Shown here in pieces: positions 13,991-27,599 of a stretch of 64,000 nt of DNA. The stretch covers positions 12,648,001 through 12,712,000 of the forward strand of contig OX597840.1 in assembly GCA_951406725.2 (NCBI GenBank), written 5' to 3'. The DNA is from Octopus vulgaris. Lineage: Eukaryota. Both the position numbers and the translations under genes were made by a program. The number at the start of each line of letters is the position of its first letter. Within the stretch, counting starts at the first letter, position 1. Under the pieces are notes generated by a model, which ran no database searches, had not been told where the DNA came from, and saw nothing but the letters and a program-made list of their open reading frames with translations.

Positions 13991-14264
13991 TGTTTATAAT
14001 CTGTACATGTTCTTTGGTTACGAAATAAGCTACCAAAAACATATTTTTTAATTATGTGTAGTTACTTTATATACATATATGAGCTGAAGACTTTCTTTTA
14101 ACATTTCACTTAACGTCTGTGTTCCATGCTGGCATGGGTTGGAGAGCTGTTAATTTGGAAAGTTGGAATTGCAGCTACCAGCAGTTGAGAACTACGTAAT
14201 CTAGCCAGCATTTTTAAATTTCATTATTCTCTTTAACCCAGGCAATGCTGGGTATTTCTGCCTG

Positions 14265-14392
<128 letters not shown>

Positions 14393-14449
14393 CATATACA
14401 TATACATATATATATGCATATGTATATATATGTATAAATATATATATAT

Positions 14450-14626
14450 TAAATTAGAGATAAAACCATTATTAGGCAAATCAAACAGTGAAAAACATAA
14501 ACCAATACATAGAAATAAAATTAATTAATATAATATAAAAAATATATAAAATATAAAATTCAAAGTTTAAATTATTTAAATTTATAGTTAAAATTAAAAA
14601 AAATATTTAAATTATTGATTTATACT

Positions 14627-14678
<52 letters not shown>

Positions 14679-17064
14679 CTATATTTTTAATATTATTATT
14701 ATTTTATTATAATTTTAATTTGTTTTAAATATAAATATAACTATCAAAAAGTATTAAAAAGTTTAATATAAGTAAAGAGTATAAACCACTACGATCGTTT
14801 CATGCCCATAACGTAATTCGAAAAACAATAATTTGAATTCAGTTAACAATTCGAATTATGGTTATAGTCAATCTTCAGGTTAATGTTAATATTTAAATAA
14901 ATAATCAAAAATATTTAAACGATATTTTTTTAAGAAATAAATAAAATAATAATTTTTCTTATAAAAAATCTATTATCAAACTAGAAACTTTAACGATTAT
15001 AATTATGTCAGACAATCGATTATAATGTTAAATATTAATTTTTAAGTATTAATTTTTAAGGTAAGAAACCCACAAATAATCTAATCTCAGTTATAGTCAA
15101 TATCTAATTACATAAATATTTTACAAAAAAAATGACTATTCGTATTATTAAAAATAATTTCAAGTCAAATAATTATATAATATTTGAATAATAACTAAAT
15201 TATCAATGAAAACATATAAATGTATAAAATATAAGAATTAAGATCTAAAATTATCTCTATCAATAAATATATATGCACGTATAATAAAGACCTAATAAAT
15301 TAATTGATTTTGATTTTGATTTTTCCAGTTTCAGCTAATGAGCTGTGGCCATGCTGGGGCACCGCCATTTATTCATTATTACTTATAAAAATATTAAAAG
15401 ATTAAAGATGAAATAGCTAATTGTAAACAAATAAACAAACAATCTTAAAAGAACGCTATAACTAATTAACGATCCATATATATGGTTGGCTAACTGATAA
15501 CTTTCAAAAATCGTATAGTTAAGAAACTAAAATGAAATAAAATACTAATGAAATAATGAATCCGTGGTTATATAGTATCAAATAAATACTACGAATATAT
15601 TTATCAATGGAAAAAGTATTACTACCAATTATCAATTTAAAAAAAAACAATATATAAGTTATAATAACAATTATAAAAAATTTAAATAACTATCAGCAAA
15701 TATAGTTATTTAAGACTAAAATGTAGGCTATCAATACATGTATATACATGAAACCTAACTTTAAAAATACTCGTATAACTGTTAACGATCTATATATCTC
15801 TTTGGCTAAGTAAAGTCTTACGAATAAACGTAAAGTTGAAATCTTATAATTATATAGAAAAAACTACGATAACTAGACCATTATATAACCATCAGTTATT
15901 TATATAAAATACAATATTATACAATAAGACTTGTTAAAATATTAAAATTTTATTAAAAATTTGCTAAAAGAAGAAATAATGTTACCTACACTATAAGTGG
16001 TAGAATAACCTACTCCAAAGTTATTACTAGAGAAAATTTTTTTATATTTACGATTATCATGAATAAATTGTTCAATAATATCTAAAATCTCTTTAATAAT
16101 GTTCGTTTTAACTTGAGCACCATAAGGAACAATTAACCAAATTTTATTCTTATTTTTCTTCTTATTATTATTATCACTATCATTATTATTCTTATTATTA
16201 TTATTATCATTATTATAATTAATCATATTATTATAACCATTATTATTATTACCATGAACATTATTATTACCATTACTATTATTATATTTCTTTATAATAT
16301 TATTAAATTTAAATTTATAATTACAATTAACATTTAATGAATTATTAAAGTTAATCTTACTTTTAATTTTATTCTTATTTTTATTTTTATTTTTATAATT
16401 ACTAAATTTTCTACTAATATTACAAACAAAATTATTATAATTATTAATATTTTTATCTTTATTTTTAATAAAAAAATTAATATTACTATTATAACCTGCC
16501 TCTCTTAGGGCCTCATTGTAATAAGGTGCATGTTTATTAAAAATCTCTAATTCATAAGAAAGTAATAATATACGTTTACTTATATTATTAATCAACGATT
16601 TTTAATTGATGGTGGGTGATTACTATTAACATTTATATCACTAAGGCTTTCATTCAGTTTATGATATGGTTGTGTTTTACCCGTAATTAGATTAAAATTA
16701 CCATCTAAATAATCAACATTAAAATATTCATTATATATAGTAATACTTAAACCATATCTTTTAAAGAAACTATAAAGTTCTTTCTTATAAAATTCTAGGC
16801 TACAATTAGTGCAATTCTTAGTAATTAATGAAAGGTCATCCCTATATAAACCACCCTCTATTTTTAAATCTTTAATTGAAGTTCAGATAATAGATAAATA
16901 CCTACCAAATCCATAGCTTGTGCAGAATCGGGTGCCCCCATAGTTGTATCAAAATGATCCCTAGTATCCTTCCAAGCCAATAATTTATTTTTGTATCTAA
17001 TAAACAATTTCCTAGCCATTTTAATAATATCAACCTCTTCAAAAGTCATTATCACTTTATTCAT
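14450..17064 (-). mobile_element. Very AT-rich Penelope-like element (partial copies 39255-40821, 56095-56593)
   Basis: FDTTMGAPDSAQAMDLVG, YRDD (16848-16837), NSNHPPSI, HAPYYNEALREAGY and KIWLIVPY motifs, plus a hammerhead-like motif in its 3' part. Confidence 0.8.
14783..14884 (-). ncRNA. Candidate minimal type I hammerhead ribozyme (Penelope-associated)
   Basis: Minus strand: CTGAAGA, long stem II (TATAAC/GTTATG, TAATTCGAA/TTCGAATTA), GAAA, CGATCG, TA. Stem III is palindromic and stem I is weak. Confidence 0.55.
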
Positions 17065-17630
17065 ATATATATATATATATAACGGGAAGCTATGAAAATA
17101 AACAAAAGACGAAGGCAGGTGGAAAACAAACGAACAATTGTATTAGTATGGCGCTCAGGAAATATAAATAAAACAAGTCTTTATATACGCTCTTCAACAG
17201 AAAGATACACAGAAGAAAAACACAGAAAGAAGGAGATTAAAAAATGCGTGCAGTAGCTAACGAATCAACATGGCGATCTGATTTCGGCAAGAGGTCAAAG
17301 ATCAAACATGAGACGCGAGAGCGAAATATAATAGGGTTGAGGGACCAGCTAAAAGTGCGTGGGATCTGGATGTGTGTATGTATAGGGTTGGTGTATGTAT
17401 TAGTATGTATAAGGGTGTGTATGTGTGTGTGTGTGTTATGAGAGAGTATTAGTGCAGGATTGTGGACGTGCATGTATGGGGTTGGTGTATGTATTAGTAT
17501 GTATTAGTATGTATTAGTACGTATTGGTATGTATAGGTGTGTGTGTGTGTGTGTGTGAGAGAGTATAAGTGCATGTATATATATATATATATATATGTAT
17601 GTATATAAATGTTATATATATATATCTTTA

Positions 17631-17671
<41 letters not shown>

Positions 17672-17773
17672 ATGTATATATATATGGCTGTCAAGGCCAG
17701 TGTTAGTTATTTATTACTTAACTTTCAGATCCTCTGTGTCAATCAGCAGGGTATATTAAGGAACGCCTACTAA

Positions 17774-18068
17774 CCCTTTCAATATCAATCCACTTGAGAC
17801 AACCCCCTGCTTCTCTGTTAAAATCTTTCTATTTTAAAGTGAGTTCCACTAAAAACTTCCATGTTAACGTATGTTCAAAACACTAGTTATTTTACTAAAT
17901 TCTTATTTTGAAAATAATTAATTTCAACGAAAACATTTTGCTTTATCAGAAATATGGTAACAAAAATGATAATAAAAATAAGGAATTATTTTACGAAATT
18001 CTTCCTTATTTTCAAAATTAATTGAAGCAAAGTTGAAGTATTGCAATAGAAATAGGGTAACGAAAGGG
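17774..18068. mobile_element. piggyBac-like MITE, degenerate (copy at ~56789-57083)
   Basis: (C)TAA-CCCTTTC ... GAAAGGG-TTAA termini. Confidence 0.5.
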
Positions 18069-19297
18069 TTAATAATAACAAAGTAGTTTTACTAAATTCT
18101 GCATTATTTTCATATTCTAACAGAAATATGTTAATAAATGGCTTAAGTTAGTATTTGCATATTCTGTCTGCAATCTTCCAATCTGAAATCTACTTTCACT
18201 ATTATAAGTTTGTTATTAACGGTAACATAATGTTGCCCTAAACTGTCATGTAACCATAAAATTTGGCTCAAAATTGCTTTTTGTGTGATCTGAACTTTAA
18301 TAAAGAACTTTAAATAAAACACTGGTCTGTTGGCTTTGTTGAATTTTTGACAATGTTTTTTTCATAACATTCCAACTGCATCATTTATTTACTCCATCAT
18401 TCATCTATTTCCATTGGTTCCAAAGTTCATTTATCTGCTGCTTTAATGGGTTTTCTTTCTTTTGTTTTGTTTTCTCACCCCCACCTCACCCCCAATTACC
18501 CCCACTTTATCTGCCTTGTTCTACTATTCCTCTGTAAATTACCAAATTAGTCAACTGGAATTTTTCCATTGTATTCTTTGACCATTTTAATACCTGCCCA
18601 TCCAACTTCATTCGCTCCTCTTAATATATTCCCTTTATTTTCTCCATTGGACAGACTACATTGACAGACTTTGTGATGATAGAATCCCACAGAAAGCTCT
18701 GTTCTTGCAAAATGACTGATGCCTATTGAAACATTTGTAGGATCAAACTGAGGTTTAAGGACAGTGTTAAGCAGTGTCTACCTATCCCTAACTGACAAGC
18801 AAAGAAACTCATTGACCCAATGGATCTAAATTTGGTAATTTAGAGAAAGTCGGATAACACTCATGGCTAACAAGGATGTAAAGTCAACAGGGAAGTTTAA
18901 ATGCTATCACATGACCTGGTGGAATACAAGCATAAAATCTCACCAAAATTTTAAACATAAAAGTGTGTATAATTTGTGAATACACTATGTCAGAAATAAT
19001 ACTGGACTGTCAAGGCTGGATTGAGTCTGAATGTAGCTGCAGGGGAAAAGAATATTTACAAAGAAAAATATCCTATATTAGCTACAAGAAGAATTTACAA
19101 GAAAGATGTCCCCTGTTTATAAATAACATAAGTATTATTAGGGTTTAACTTCTATACGAAGAGGTGGGTTGATAGGGATCATTTCATAGACATCTATTGA
19201 GGAACTAGGTATTTGCATTCACATAATAAATAAGAATATTTATGGTTACAAGCAAACACCTGTTGGTGTTTAGGGATTTAGAAAAAATCCCTTTATA

Positions 19298-19705
19298 GGC
19301 GTAGGAGTGGCTGTGTGGTAAGTAGCTTGTTAACCAACCACATGGTTCCGGGTTCAGTCCCACTGCGTGGCACCTTGGGCGAGTGTCTTCTGCTATAGCC
19401 CCAGGCCGACCAATGCCTTGTGAGTGGATTTGGTAGACGGAAACTGAAAGAAGCCTGTCGTATATATGTATATGTATATATATATGTATGTGTGTGTATG
19501 TTTGTGTGTCTGTGTTTGTCTCCCCCCATTGCTTGACAACCGATGCTGGTGTGTTTACATCTCCGTCTCTTAGTGGTTCAGCAAAAGAGACCGATCGAAT
19601 AAGTACTGGGCTTACAAAAGAATAAGTCCTGGGGTCGATTTGCTCGACTAAAGGCGGTGCCCCAGCATGGCCGCAGTCGAATGACTGAAACAAGTAAAGG
19701 AGTAA
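19298..19705 (+). mobile_element. tRNA-derived SINE, family 1 (copy at ~58312-58740)
   Basis: A-box TGGCTGTGTGGT, B-box-like GGTTCAGTCCC, internal (TA/TG)n and a (GTAAAAGA)-type tail. Many copies in the window. Confidence 0.85.
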
Positions 19706-20079
19706 TGGTACTGAGGGAGCTAGGCAAACAATTAGCAAGTTTTTATGGAGCTTTAAAAACATTTATTATGGTCTATGGGTGTTTAGGGAGCTAGACAAAC
19801 ACTAATTAGGCAAATTTATGTTGGGGTTGAAAGCCAAAATATTTATTATAGATAACGGTGATTTGTGAGATAGAGAGACCCTTATTAAAGACAGAGGTGT
19901 ATAGGGAGCAAGACAAAAATTTCATTACAAATCATCATGTTTAGGGAACTAGAGAAACAGTTATTTGAGAGACTGCTTCTTAGGGAAGACAATTATGTTC
20001 AGGGAGTTAGAAAAACATTTAATGTACAGAATGATTTTTAAGGAGTTAAACAAACAATTATTATAGACAATGGTATTAA

Positions 20080-20532
20080 CCCTTTAGTATTCAGTCTACT
20101 CTTCCAAATATAATTCTTATTTATTCACATTATTTTCAATTAATCCTGCATTATCTCATAGCTGTGAGATTTCGATGATGTGATTATTTATTTTAAGAAT
20201 GACATTGTAGGGATGACATGAGAGCCCAGATCTAGCCAATTTCAACATAAAACATGTTAACTAATTTAGCAGGTGCTGTGGAAGGATACTGACCACCTCT
20301 CAAGTCACTAAAAAGTGGGCTGATTCATTGTTATAAAACAAAGAACTGTGAGCACTTGGCAGTTCATGTTGGTAGCAGTTCACTGCGAGCTGTTGATATA
20401 TAAAGTTTAGGCTCATGTAATAGTATTAGTAGTGTGTCATGTATATACTTTCTTTCCCTCTTGCTTCGTTATATTATATATCTATATACAAAGATATAAA
20501 ATCTGGATATGGTCAGTTTGAATGCTAAAGGG
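20080..20532. mobile_element. piggyBac-like MITE (copy at 59115-59567)
   Basis: TTAA|CCCTTTAGTATTCA ... TGAATGCTAAAGGG|TTAA, i.e. TIRs plus a TTAA target duplication. Confidence 0.75.
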
Positions 20533-20729
20533 TTAAGCAAGCTAGACAAACTGTTATTTAGGGAGCAAGACAGTTATGGGTGTTTAAGGAGAAAGTGTGA
20601 ATATTGGTTCAACACAGAAAATAACATTGTTCCTCTGAGCCACTGAGCACTTTTGACTGCCAAGACACCATTTTTACCACTTATCAATATTGACAAGTGT
20701 ACAAGAAAGATTTAGCTATCATATCTATC

Positions 20730-21410
20730 CTACGGCATCCAGTTCTTGAAGTTATGATGCAAACAGTTCTGATTAACACAAGAATTCCTGGCTTCAGTTG
20801 GCCAGCAAAGAACTGAATCTTGCACAGTTGGTCTTACACCTCTTTGCCAGACAGTCTTCCAGATAGTCTTTTGGGAACTATTGAGTGCCCAAAAGAAGGT
20901 TAGCATCATCTTTCCCATGGAAAATTGAGTCTTGACTTTATTTGGTGTTGGCGAGCCAGGTTGTTTCTACTTCTGTCTTTTAGATTCTGCCTCATAAGGA
21001 TGGACCCACATTTAATCTGTGATTATTCTGTTCAAAAAATTCCTCACTCTCATTGTTGTATATCTCAGCAGACCTCAAGACATTTGCACTTGTGCTCTGC
21101 GGAAAGCTCCCTTGGTACTCATCTTGCACATACTTTATGGAAGCTGAGCTCATCGTGGATGATTTGATAAGCAGAACCATAACTAATCAGCAGAAACTGA
21201 GCTACCTCCTCATTAATCACTCGCTAGTTCACCATTAGCATCTCTTGAGTTTGCTGAATCTTCTCCAATGTATTTCAGCACCTGGCACAACTTCCAACCA
21301 GAGAAATCAGACCACAACGTTTTGGTCTTCTTCGGTGCAGATTGCTAGTGGAGTGGCCTTGCTTACAATGTGAAGCCAGAAAGAAAAATGGTGCAATGAG
21401 ACCCAAACTT
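20730..21410 (-). mobile_element. mariner transposase remnant (deleted copy at ~59770-60170)
   Basis: Minus strand reads IHDELSFHKVCAR*VPRELSAEH (WVPREL motif) and GKMMLTFFW. Confidence 0.8.
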
Positions 21411-22634
21411 CGATCATGTGGCCACAATAGTAACAACTATAAGCATGCATGCGCAGAAGACAGTGTGACAATAATAAAGATAAAAATCCCGTTCTGTGTG
21501 TGTGGGTGTGGGTGTGGATGTGTGTAAAAGATTATAACGGCTGTATTGTTCAACTGATTTTCTCCAAACTGGGAACATACATCACTTACGTTCAAGGGAT
21601 GGTTTTAGACTCTTAAAATTTTTCACATAATGAGTATTGGTACCCTTGGGGGCAGAAAACCCCCTTTTTTGAGTTACGTGGAGAAGGGAGGTAACCCTTT
21701 GTTATGGTGAAAGCATGGATGATTTTTGACTTCTCATATGTATGTATGCGTGTACTTACATTTGTATTATTTGTATAAATGTATGTATGTATATAAGTAT
21801 TCATGTTTGGATGTATGAATGTAAAGGTCTTTGAACACTTTCATCAGAGATGTCTGAGACACATTCCGAATGTTGGCTGGAACTTAAAAAATCCAGACTT
21901 ACAGGTCCTGAGGAAAGCTGATATCCTGAGTATTGAGGTAATGGTGCACTAGAATCGGTTACGTTGTACTTGACACCTTATTAGAATGAAGGATAGCAGC
22001 ATCCCTAAACATGCTATATGGGGAACTTGTTAGTGGAAAGAGACATTGTGAGAAACCAAGGCTATGATTTGCAGGAGACTGACTGGGAGATTCTATTACA
22101 TATACGATCCATAATATATTTCAGATCATGTGAGGAGTAGGTTCCGAGAAGTGTGAATTGTAAATAAATAATTAAATAAATAACAACAGATGGCTGATGT
22201 GGCAATTCACTACAGCTGTTTCCAACGAATTTCTAATTGATTAATGGAGTCATTGCATCATTACAAAAAAACCATTTTAATCAACATTGATTCATGAAAT
22301 GTGGTTCATGCATTTACCTGACAAAAGCAGTTTTTCTAATCATGTAATAGAAGACATTTGCCCAAGGTGCCATGCAGTGGGACTGAACCCGGAATCATGT
22401 TGTTGAGAAGCAAGCTTCTTACCACACAGCCATGCCTGCAGTGATTTTAGAAAAAGACTGTGAATCTGTTTCAGTCATCACCATAGTCAAATCTACACCT
22501 GACAATATTGTGACAGATAGAAACATTTCAAACATTGTCATTCATTTTAATTCTCTTGTCAGTATTGTGTTGAATAACAATAAACTGGACCATGGGTTCA
22601 AAACTCACATGCCTAAAGATTTATCATTATCATA

Positions 22635-23385
22635 GACGCAGGAGTGGCTGTGTGGTAAGTAGCTTGTTTACCAACCACATGGTTCCGGGTTCAGTCCCAC
22701 TGCATGGCACCTTGGGCAAGTGTCTTCTACTATAGCCTTCGGGCCAACCAAAGCCTTGTGAGTGGATTTGGTAGATGGAAACTGAAAGAAGCCCGTCGTA
22801 TATATGTATATATAGGTGCAGGAGTGGCTGTGTGGTAAGTAGCTTGTTTACCAACCACATGGTTCGGGTTCAGTCCCACTGGTGGCACCTTGGGCAAGTG
22901 TCTTCTACTATAGCCTCAGGCCTACCAAAGCCTTGTGAGTTGATTTGGTAGATGGAAACTGAAAGAAGCCCGTCGTATATATGTATATATAGGTGCAGGA
23001 GTGGCTGTTTGGTAAGTAGCTTGTTTACCAACCACATGGTTCTGGGTTCAGTACTGCGTGGCACCTAAGTGTCTTCTACTAGCTCGGCCGACCAAAGCCT
23101 TGTGAGTGGATTTGGTAGATGGAAACTGAAAGAAGCCCGTCGTATATATGTATATATATATGCATGTGTGTATTTGTGTGTCTGTGTTTGTCCCCCTAGC
23201 ATTGCTTGGGAACTGATGCTGGTGTGTTTATGTCCCCGTTACTTAGCGGTTCGGCTAAAGAGACCGATAGAATAAGTACTGGGCTTACAAAAAGAATAAG
23301 TCCCGGGGTCGAGTTGCTCGATTAAAGGCAGTGCTCCAGCATGGCCGCAGTCCAATGACTGAAACAAGTAAAAGAGAAAGAGAGA
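22635..23385 (+). mobile_element. SINE family 1 with three tandem heads (two heads at 61389-61994)
   Basis: Head units start at 22635, 22815 and 22992, followed by a single body and tail. Confidence 0.85.
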
Positions 23386-23720
23386 GTCAAGGCTGGAATG
23401 AGTTTGAATGCAGTTACAGGAGAAAAGAATATGTAGAAAGTAAAATCTCCTGTATTTAGCTACATATATCCCCTGTTTTTTGAATAACATAAATATTATT
23501 AGGGTGTACAAAGGAGTGGAATGATGGGGATCTGTTATAGATAGATGTCTATAGATAAAACAAGAGGTAGGTATTTACATTTGCATATTAAACAGGGATA
23601 TTTAGGATTGTAAGCAAACACGCATTGCAGATATTGGCGTTAAGGGGTTTAGACAAAACCCCATTAAAGACAATGGTGTATAGGGAGCATTTTACAGACA
23701 AGAAAGTAAGTTTTGAACGT

Positions 23721-24130
23721 AGGCGCAGGAGTGGCTGTGTGGTAAGTAGCTTGCTAACCAATCACATTGTTCCGGGTTCAGTCCCACTGCGTGGCATCTT
23801 GGGCAAGTGTCTTCTGCTATAGCCCCAGGCCAACCAATGTCTTGTGAGTGGATTTGGTAGGCGGAAACTGAAAGAAGCCCGTCGTATATATGTATATATA
23901 TATATGTGTATGTGCATTTGTGTCTGTGTTTGTCCCCCTAGCATCGCTTGACAACCGATGCTGGTGTGTCTATGTTCCCGTCACCTAGCGGTTCGGCAAA
24001 AGAGACCGATAGAATAAGTACTGGGCTTACAAAGAATAAGTCCCGGGGTTGATTTGCTCAACTAAAAGGCAGTGCTCCAACATGGCCACAGTCAAATGAC
24101 TGAAACAAGTAAAAGAGTAAAAGAGTAAAG
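23721..24130 (+). mobile_element. SINE family 1 (copy at ~62479-62888)
   Basis: Full head, body and tail. Confidence 0.85.
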
Positions 24131-24229
24131 ACAGTATAGCTGTGAAAAAGCATAAAGATTTGGTGTTTCACACTTATGAGATGGAAAACGTTGTCAGCAG
24201 ATGAGATACCAGCTGAGTACTTTACTATT

Positions 24230-25190
24230 AAGCTAAACAGCTAACTGGAAACAATCACCGTCAAATGCTAAATATAAAAATTTGTTTATTACACATATCA
24301 ACATTTCATTAGAAATACTACAATGCTCCAGGTTTATCTTTCTTATTAGAGATTTTACATATTTACACATAAGTCTGTTGCAGTTACTTTAGAACAAACT
24401 GAAAATTCAACATTTCCAGAACTTCAATGTCTGTTATCCAAGAGTTGAAATAGTTTAGACATCTTCTTTGATACTTATATGCTTGTTCATTTTTCAATTC
24501 ATTTTTTGTAGAGTTTGCTGACAAAGTTTTACACCATTAGGCTTCCACATCTTTAGCACATATTAATTAGCTCTGTTGGCAGAAATTTATTTTCATCTGC
24601 TAGCTTTTTATGCCAGTTACCAAGAGGTAATTGTTTGATGTGAATGTTGCTTGGGTATCTATTTCAACTTTGTGTTGTGATATGAGTGTAGCTTCTATGA
24701 TTAATATTTTTTGTTGTGAGGAATTTTATTGATTGTGCAAGTATTATATTTCAGAATTTTTTTATCTAAGTATGTTTTGTAGTGTCAAACAGAATTATGT
24801 TGTAAATGCATAGTGAGTCATCAAGAGAGTGTTGTTAAAGTATGTCCAAAGATGTGGAGTCCTGAAGGTGGTCATTAATAGTTTGGGTTTACATATTTGT
24901 AATTTGTTATTGATAAAAAGATTTGTGGTTTTGGGTTCAAATTGTATATTATTAAGTTTAGTTTATCCTCCCTTGTGATGCATTTTGTGTTGTGTTTTAT
25001 AAAGCTTTTGATTATGTATTCGTCTATTTGTTATTTGTTATGTATTTGACTTTTAGAATAAATTTTAACTTTGATTTGTGTATGTTCATTGGATGTATTC
25101 TCTGATGTATTTGTTGTATAATATTTATGACTCTGTCTACTACTCTCTTGGAATGCACATTGCAGATTCCTTTCTCTTGTGCCTCATTTG
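24230..25190 (-). mobile_element. Degenerate Penelope-like remnant (copy at ~62990-63950)
   Basis: Decayed RT-like reading (VINIIQQIHQRIHPMNIHKSKLKFILK). Assignment is by resemblance only. Confidence 0.4.
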
Positions 25191-25199
25191 TGGACAAGA

Positions 25200-26390
25200 A
25201 CTTGTTGCCCACCACTAGGCACGGTCTGTTATGCTCCAGCACCTGATCTGTTTGGATTGGGAAATACCAGATGATTTTGCTAGTCTCTGACTCTGCCATT
25301 CTCTGCCACGTCTGTACTCATACCATGTCTTGCCTCTCTCTAGACTCCACTTTTTGTACATTTTCCAATGTAGCACTTCATTACCTGGTCATGTTGCTAT
25401 AACGTGTGGCAGTTTTGGGCAAGTATAGGGCATTCGTTCATGATATGAGCAATGGTTTCATCAACACTATTGCAGATACAACACAATGGAGACACTTGCT
25501 CATTCCTAAGATTGATCCTCCACTTCGTGGCCAGAGCTTGGTTCTGCGCTGCCAGTATAGTGTTTTTGGTCACTTTTTTAGGGTTCCTTTCATCAGCCAA
25601 TACCTCCTATTCTTTCCAGCAACTTCTGTTATGGCTATATGGAACTGATTATGTAGCCCCTTCTTGTGTAATTCATCATCGTCGTTGTCATCGTCATCAT
25701 CATCATTATTCCTTCGTAAAACAGCGTAGGTAAAAATGCACCAGAGTCTTTAGTCATCTGTCAAGTCACAACAAGGTCCTCAGACAGATAATACTTTCCT
25801 TAAGATGTGCTCTGTGCCCAATAAGACTGCTTTTTGCAAGACAACAATTTTGCATGGGATTTCCAATTGAATTAAGAAGTCTTGAAGTTTCAATGGGATC
25901 GAGCCCAGCACTCCGATCACCACTGGACTCACTTTTACATTACCCTCTCACATTCCATAGTTTTGCCATTTCCGCTTTCAATTCGGAGTACTTGGTGATC
26001 TTTTCAATCTCTTTACTCACAACATTCATGTCATTTGGTATAGATGCATCAATGATCTGGCAGTATTTGTCTCTCTAATTCAGAATGACAATATCTGGCC
26101 AGCAGTGTTCGATTACATGATCCGTCTGAAAATCATAGACTCAGAGTAACGTTACTTTTCCATCCTCCTTCACTTGGTACATGCTCCTACCAGTCCTCTG
26201 TTATTTCATATTGGTAGTTACAGCATAAGAGCCAATGACGATACACCCGTACACTTTATTGTGGCAGTGCTTGTAGTCTTTTTGTGCAAGTCTCTTACAT
26301 CCACTTACCAAGTGGGTCACACTTTCCATACTTTTTACAGAGTCTGCATTTCTGGGTGTCAGAAATTTTATAGATGTTATATTTCACTGA
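25200..26390 (-). mobile_element. R4/Dong-clade LINE 3' remnants (two fragments)
   Basis: ILAAQNQALAT...CCICNSVDETIAHIMNECPILAQ (zinc knuckle) and IIWYFPIQTDQVLEHNRP (restriction-like endonuclease). Confidence 0.75.
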
Positions 26391-26402
26391 CTTATTATTA
26401 CT

Positions 26403-26814
26403 GAGTGAGAGAGCAGTGCATGCTAACAAAGTGACACTTGGGTACAAATATTCAAAGCCCAGTATACCCATCTGATAAGGGTACACTAGGCACATGCATC
26501 ACGACCATATGTGCATGACATGGTGATATCATATCAAGACAAACAGCACATGACTTTGCAGGTGGAGCCTAGCTAGAATTTTGTTCAGGTCGAGTAGTCT
26601 ATCCAGCTCAAAAGGTCCCCGAATAAGGGTTGTTTAAGGATGTAGAACGAAACACCCATGTTTCCAAAGGGGAATTATCCAAAAGGTGTCTTCCTCTCAA
26701 CACACGGCTATGATGCTCCCCCACTAATTCTGATTGTGATCAGAGATGCACATATCGTCAGCCACTAAGGGACATGCTCAACTGATTACGGTCAAACAAT
26801 TGACAGGCAAATCT
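26403..26814 (-). mobile_element. Retroposon 'X' copy interrupted by a SINE
   Basis: Reverse complement of part of 1240-1795, with (TTA)n at its 3' end. Confidence 0.75.
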
Positions 26815-27033
26815 CTTTACTCTTTACTCTTTTACTTGTTTCAGTCAATTGACTGCGGCCATGCTGGAGCAGCACCTTTAGTCGAGCAAATCGACCCCGG
26901 GACTTATTCTTTGTAAGCCCAGTACTTATTCTATCGGTCTCTTTTGCCGAACCGCTAATTGACGGGGACATAAACACACCAGCATCGGTTGTCAAGCAAT
27001 GCTAGAGGGACAAACACAGACACACAAACATAT

Positions 27034-27079
<46 letters not shown>

Positions 27080-27241
27080 ATGACAGGCTTCTTTCAGTTT
27101 CCGTCTACCAAATCCACTCACAAGTCTTTGGTTGGCCTGAGGCTATAGTAGAAGACACTTGCCCAAGGTGCCACGCAGTGGGAATGAACCCAGAACCATG
27201 TGGTTGGTTAGCAAGCTACTTACCACACAGCCACTCCTCCT
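26815..27241 (-). mobile_element. SINE family 1 nested in element X
   Basis: Flanked by an AATCT direct repeat (26810-26814 and 27242-27246). Confidence 0.85.
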
Positions 27242-27254
27242 AATCTGTAGTATT

Positions 27255-27455
27255 ATTCTTTTCAACTCTAGGCACAAGGCCCAAAATTTTGGGGGAGGGA
27301 GCTAGTCGATTAGATCGGCCCCTGTACGCAACTGGTACTTAATTTATTGATCCCAGAAGGATAAAAGACAAAGTCGACCTTGGCGGAATTTGAACTCAGA
27401 ATGACAAAATACCGCTAAGCATTTCACCTGGCATGCTAACATTTCTGCCAGCTTG
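27255..27455 (-). mobile_element. tRNA-derived SINE, family 3 (decayed relatives ~930-1090, ~43170-43310)
   Basis: Minus strand GCTGGCAGAAATGTTAGCA...GAGTTCAAATTCCGCC (B-box) followed by a conserved body. Confidence 0.65.
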
Positions 27456-27496
27456 TGGTATTATTATCATCATCATCATCATCATTACTGCTACTG

Positions 27497-27538
<42 letters not shown>

Positions 27539-27599
27539 TATTTATCATTAGAAATGTTATGTTGGTAATACCTGTTAAGCTTGCATGTATTAGACAAGC

